Shown here piece by piece: positions 16,733 to 19,458 of a stretch of DNA of 19,458 nucleotides. Below the pieces are notes generated by a model. That model was not told the DNA's origin, searched no databases, and saw nothing but the letters and a program-made list of their open reading frames with translations. The DNA lies in NCBI GenBank assembly GCA_037446635.1, contig JBBIIG010000072.1, forward strand, positions 1 to 19,458, written 5' to 3'. Made by a program: the position numbers and the translations under genes. Numbering within the stretch: the stretch's first letter is position 1; every line of letters begins with the position of its first letter. The stretch comes from a bacterium. Its GTDB lineage: Bacteria > Zhuqueibacterota > Zhuqueibacteria > Oceanimicrobiales > Oceanimicrobiaceae.

Positions 16733-16866
16733 TTGTCATTCCGAAGCCGACGCTTTGTGTCGGCTGAGGAATCTGACAGCCAGTAGATCATGCTTACTAA
16801 AATTTTACGTGCGAATTCGCCAGCCGCTTTCGCTATCAGGTTTCTCGGCTCCGCTCGAAACGACAA
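16733..16866. repeat. REPIN/MITE-like palindromic element (TGTCATTCCG...GAGGAATCT family) between actA and actB
   Basis: Imperfect terminal inverted repeats ttgtcattccga / tcgaaacgacaa; internal gaggaatctga / tcaggtttctc; hairpin agccgac/gtcggct. Confidence 0.7.
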
Positions 16867-16873
16867 ATTCATA

Positions 16874-17524
16874 TTACCTATGACAAATCGAACAATTATC
16901 CAACTTGCTGATCTTGTACTCCGCCAGCAACTCCGCGCCCAAGGTTTCCTGATCGACCGGCGGATGCCAATCGGTTTTAAACACGGCTTCGCGGGGACGA
17001 ACGAATTCCTCCGGCGCGCGATGGCAGCCGAGGCACCATTCCATATTCAGTGAATTTTCTTTCCACACCAGCGCCATCTGTCCAACCGGGCCGTGGCAGG
17101 TCTCGCAGCCGATGCCTTTTTTAACATGAATGCTGTGGTTGAAATAAACGAAATCCGGCAAGTCGTGCACGCGCACCCATTCGAGCGATTTGCCGCTACG
17201 CCAGCTTTCGCGCACCGGCTCGAGCATCTGCGCGGTGGCGTGAATTTGCGAGTGGCAGGTCATGCAAGTTTTTGTGGGCGGGATGCCGGCGAAACTGCTT
17301 TCTTCCACCGAAGTGTGGCAATAACGGCAGTCGATGCCCAACTGGCTGACGTGATGACGATGGCTGAACGGCACCGGCTGCTGGCGCACCACGCTGGCCT
17401 GCGTGACATAAGATGAACGTTCAATAGTGAGAAGAACCCAAAAGCCGGCGGCAATAAAAAACACCGCGCCGAAGATGGTGACTTTAGAAAAAGTGTTGGT
17501 ACTGGGGTGAAAAAGTTGCGCCAT
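16874..17524 (-). CDS. actA: Alternative complex III pentaheme cytochrome c subunit ActA
   Basis: N-terminal TM helix; QPVPFSH; five CxxCH (CRYCH, CMTCH, CETCH, CLGCH, CSICH); LPDFVYFNHSIH. Confidence 0.95.
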   Translation of the reverse strand: MAQLFHPSTNTFSKVTIFGAVFFIAAGFWVLLTIERSSYVTQASVVRQQPVPFSHRHHVSQLGIDCRYCHTSVEESSFAGIPPTKTCMTCHSQIHATAQMLEPVRESWRSGKSLEWVRVHDLPDFVYFNHSIHVKKGIGCETCHGPVGQMALVWKENSLNMEWCLGCHRAPEEFVRPREAVFKTDWHPPVDQETLGAELLAEYKISKLDNCSICHR

Positions 17525-17582
17525 GCTTGGTTAAAAATTGGCTGAGTTCATGTGCTACAACACCTGCGAGAAAAGCATGGCG

Positions 17583-17611
17583 AATATATAGATTCGAGTT
17601 CAGAAAGTCAA
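17583..17611 (-). promoter_or_regulatory. sigma70-type promoter of the act operon
   Basis: TTGACT (17611-17606), 17 bp, TATATT (17588-17583), about 60 bp upstream of actA. Confidence 0.65.
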
Positions 17612-17646
17612 GGTGAGTTTGAGGATTTTTGCGGAATTTTGGAAGT

Positions 17647-17676
17647 CGTAGGGGCGATTCATGAATCGCCCCTACG
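17647..17676. repeat. GTAG-family REP, perfect 30-bp palindrome
   Basis: cgtaggggcgattcatgaatcgcccctacg equals its own reverse complement. Confidence 0.85.
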
Positions 17677-17812
17677 GCGGGCTGCTATTTCTTTTTAAGA
17701 TTCTCACGCAGCGTCAAACAGAACGTCGGCTGGTACGAGTCGGATCGTTGGCGCTGGCGGCGTCGTTTGAACTTCTTCGCTGAAAAAGTATGACGAATAT
17801 ATCGCTACGACT

Positions 17813-18064
17813 TTAGAAAATCAAGTTGAGTTTCAAGAAAATCTTATTCCCTCTGCGCTTCACTTTAATACGATTCAAAAAGTTGAGGTTGAACACCGGC
17901 GGCGAGTTTCGCAGCAAGGCTTGCTCCGCGGACTGCACATCTTCCACGGAGACCGTCGCTTGTGGGTTGACGCGGCGGATGCCATCAAAATGGTGTTCAA
18001 GCGAAAATTTCGGAGACCTGAAACCAACTTTCTTGAGAATGTACACCAATAAAATCAAATTCAT
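17813..18064 (-). CDS. Possible small hypothetical protein or gene remnant
   Basis: Central codons are GC3-rich like host genes (ggc atc cgc cgc gtc aac ... gtg ttc aac ctc aac); no RBS, no recognised family. Confidence 0.3.
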   Translation of the reverse strand: MNLILLVYILKKVGFRSPKFSLEHHFDGIRRVNPQATVSVEDVQSAEQALLRNSPPVFNLNFLNRIKVKRRGNKIFLKLNLIF

Positions 18065-18083
18065 TCAGTAAGAGAAGCATTGC

Positions 18084-18112
18084 TTGACTTTATGAAAGCC
18101 AATCACTACTTT
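18084..18112 (+). promoter_or_regulatory. sigma70-type promoter of the peptidase gene
   Basis: TTGACT (18084-18089), 17 bp, TACTTT (18107-18112). Confidence 0.55.
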
Positions 18113-18182
18113 CACACCGCAAACTCGAAACAATCGCTTCAACCATTTCTGTTTTTGCAAATTCCATGAAAGGAGATTTCCA

Positions 18183-19458
18183 ATGCTTAGAGGTTCGTGC
18201 TTGTTCGTGTGTCTGATTGTGCTTATCGCCCTGACGCTGAATCCGTCCTTGTTTGCCAATCCCAACGAAACTCACCCGTTTTCCGTTCACGATATGCTGG
18301 CGATGGATCGCATCTCCGAGCCGCAAGTGTCGCCCAACGGCAAATGGATCGCTTTCGTGCTTCGGAAAACCGACCTCGACGCCAACAAGGGCCGCACCGA
18401 TCTCTGGCTGGTGGGCGTGGATGGCGCGGGCCTCAAGCAGCTCACCTTCAGCCCGGCCAATGAGCAGAATCCCGTGTGGTCGCCGGACGGCAAGCACTTG
18501 TGGTTCATCTCCACGCGCTCGGGTTCCGCGCAAGTTTGGCGCATGGCCGTGGATGGCGGCGAGCCGCAGCAGATTACGGATCAGCCGTTGGATATCGGCT
18601 GCTTCGTGATGTCGCGCGAGGGCAAACACCTTGCCTTTACAATGGAAGTTTTTCCGGACTGCGAGACGATTGATTGCACGAAAAACAAATTAGATGAGAT
18701 TACTAAACGCAAATCCAGCGGCAAAATGTTCGAGCGCTTGTTCATCCGCCATTGGGATACCTGGAAAGACGGCCGGCGCTCACATGTGTTTGTGATGCCC
18801 ACCGCCGGCGGCGACGCTGTGGATATCATGAAAGGAATGGATGCTGATTGCCCATCCAAGCCTTTTGGCGGCCCGGAAGAAATCACCTTCACGCCCGACG
18901 GCAAATCTGTTGTTTTCACCACTCGCGATGCTGGCCGCGAAGAAGCGTGGTCCACTAATTTCGATCTGTTTCTCGCGCCCATCGACGGCTCTAAAGCGCC
19001 GGAATGTCTGACTACGAATAACAAAGCCTGGGACACCGCGCCGGCCTTTTCGCCGGACGGCAAAACCCTGGCCTATCTCGCGATGGAGCGGCCGGGCTAC
19101 GAATCCGACCGTTTTCGGATCGTACTGCGCTCGTGGCCCGGCGGCAGCGAGCGGATTCTCACGCAGGAATGGGATCGCTCGGCGGATAACATCGTGTGGT
19201 CTGCGAATGCCAAAACGATCTTCACCACGGCGGGAAACTTAGGACAGACTTCTCTGTTCGCCATCGATGTCGCCAGCGGCAAAGTCAACACGGTGGTGGA
19301 ACAGGGGCACGCCCGGACGCCAGCAATTGCCGGTTCGCGGATTGTTTACGGACTCGATCATCTGAAATCGCCGGTTGAGTTATACTCGGTGCTTCCCAGC
19401 GGAAAAGACGTTCGACAGATTACGAAAATCAACGCCGAGAAAATCGCCGCGGCGCGCA
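18183..19458 (+). CDS. S9-family peptidase (dipeptidyl-peptidase 5 / acylaminoacyl peptidase-like), 5' part, runs off the window
   Basis: Own translation: RBS AAGGAG, MLRGSCLFVCLIVLIALTL signal, HPFSVHDMLAMDRISEPQVSPNGKWIAF, WSPDGK/FSPDGK PD40 repeats, LFIRHWDTWKDGRRSHVF; catalytic domain lies outside the window. Confidence 0.88.
   Translation, partial: MLRGSCLFVCLIVLIALTLNPSLFANPNETHPFSVHDMLAMDRISEPQVSPNGKWIAFVLRKTDLDANKGRTDLWLVGVDGAGLKQLTFSPANEQNPVWSPDGKHLWFISTRSGSAQVWRMAVDGGEPQQITDQPLDIGCFVMSREGKHLAFTMEVFPDCETIDCTKNKLDEITKRKSSGKMFERLFIRHWDTWKDGRRSHVFVMPTAGGDAVDIMKGMDADCPSKPFGGPEEITFTPDGKSVVFTTRDAGREEAWSTNFDLFLAPIDGSKAPECLTTNNKAWDTAPAFSPDGKTLAYLAMERPGYESDRFRIVLRSWPGGSERILTQEWDRSADNIVWSANAKTIFTTAGNLGQTSLFAIDVASGKVNTVVEQGHARTPAIAGSRIVYGLDHLKSPVELYSVLPSGKDVRQITKINAEKIAAAR

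Noticed and set aside
18090..19378. Short ORFs listed over the 3' end
   Set aside because: All overlap the continuous S9 peptidase frame starting at 18183

Overview
Bacterial chromosomal window of a Gram-negative organism (TonB receptor, lipoproteins, alternative complex III; the gene set would fit an FCB-group lineage such as KSB1, but this is only inference). In order: (1) a poly-T end artefact and a highly structured ~400-bp intergenic region containing a candidate ~80-nt minus-strand small RNA with its own sigma70 promoter and terminator. (2) A plus-strand outer-membrane cluster: DUF3103-like lipoprotein, TonB-dependent receptor broken by one in-frame TAA, DUF4249 lipoprotein, beta-barrel protein. 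(3) Minus-strand glgC plus a mannose-1-P guanylyltransferase/phosphomannomutase-like fusion. (4) A minus-strand alternative complex III operon, actA-B-C-D-E, with no actF in the window. It is interrupted by small toxin-antitoxin/defence-like passenger genes (membrane protein, DUF5678, clan AA aspartyl protease, antitoxin remnant) and carries 7-/8-bp tandem repeats and REP-like palindromes at most gene junctions and inside actB. (5) The 5' part of an S9 peptidase, missing from the ORF track because it runs off the window. The most unusual signals are the repeat-flanked cargo inserted in the respiratory operon and the candidate sRNA. All family assignments are from motif recognition, not database searches.
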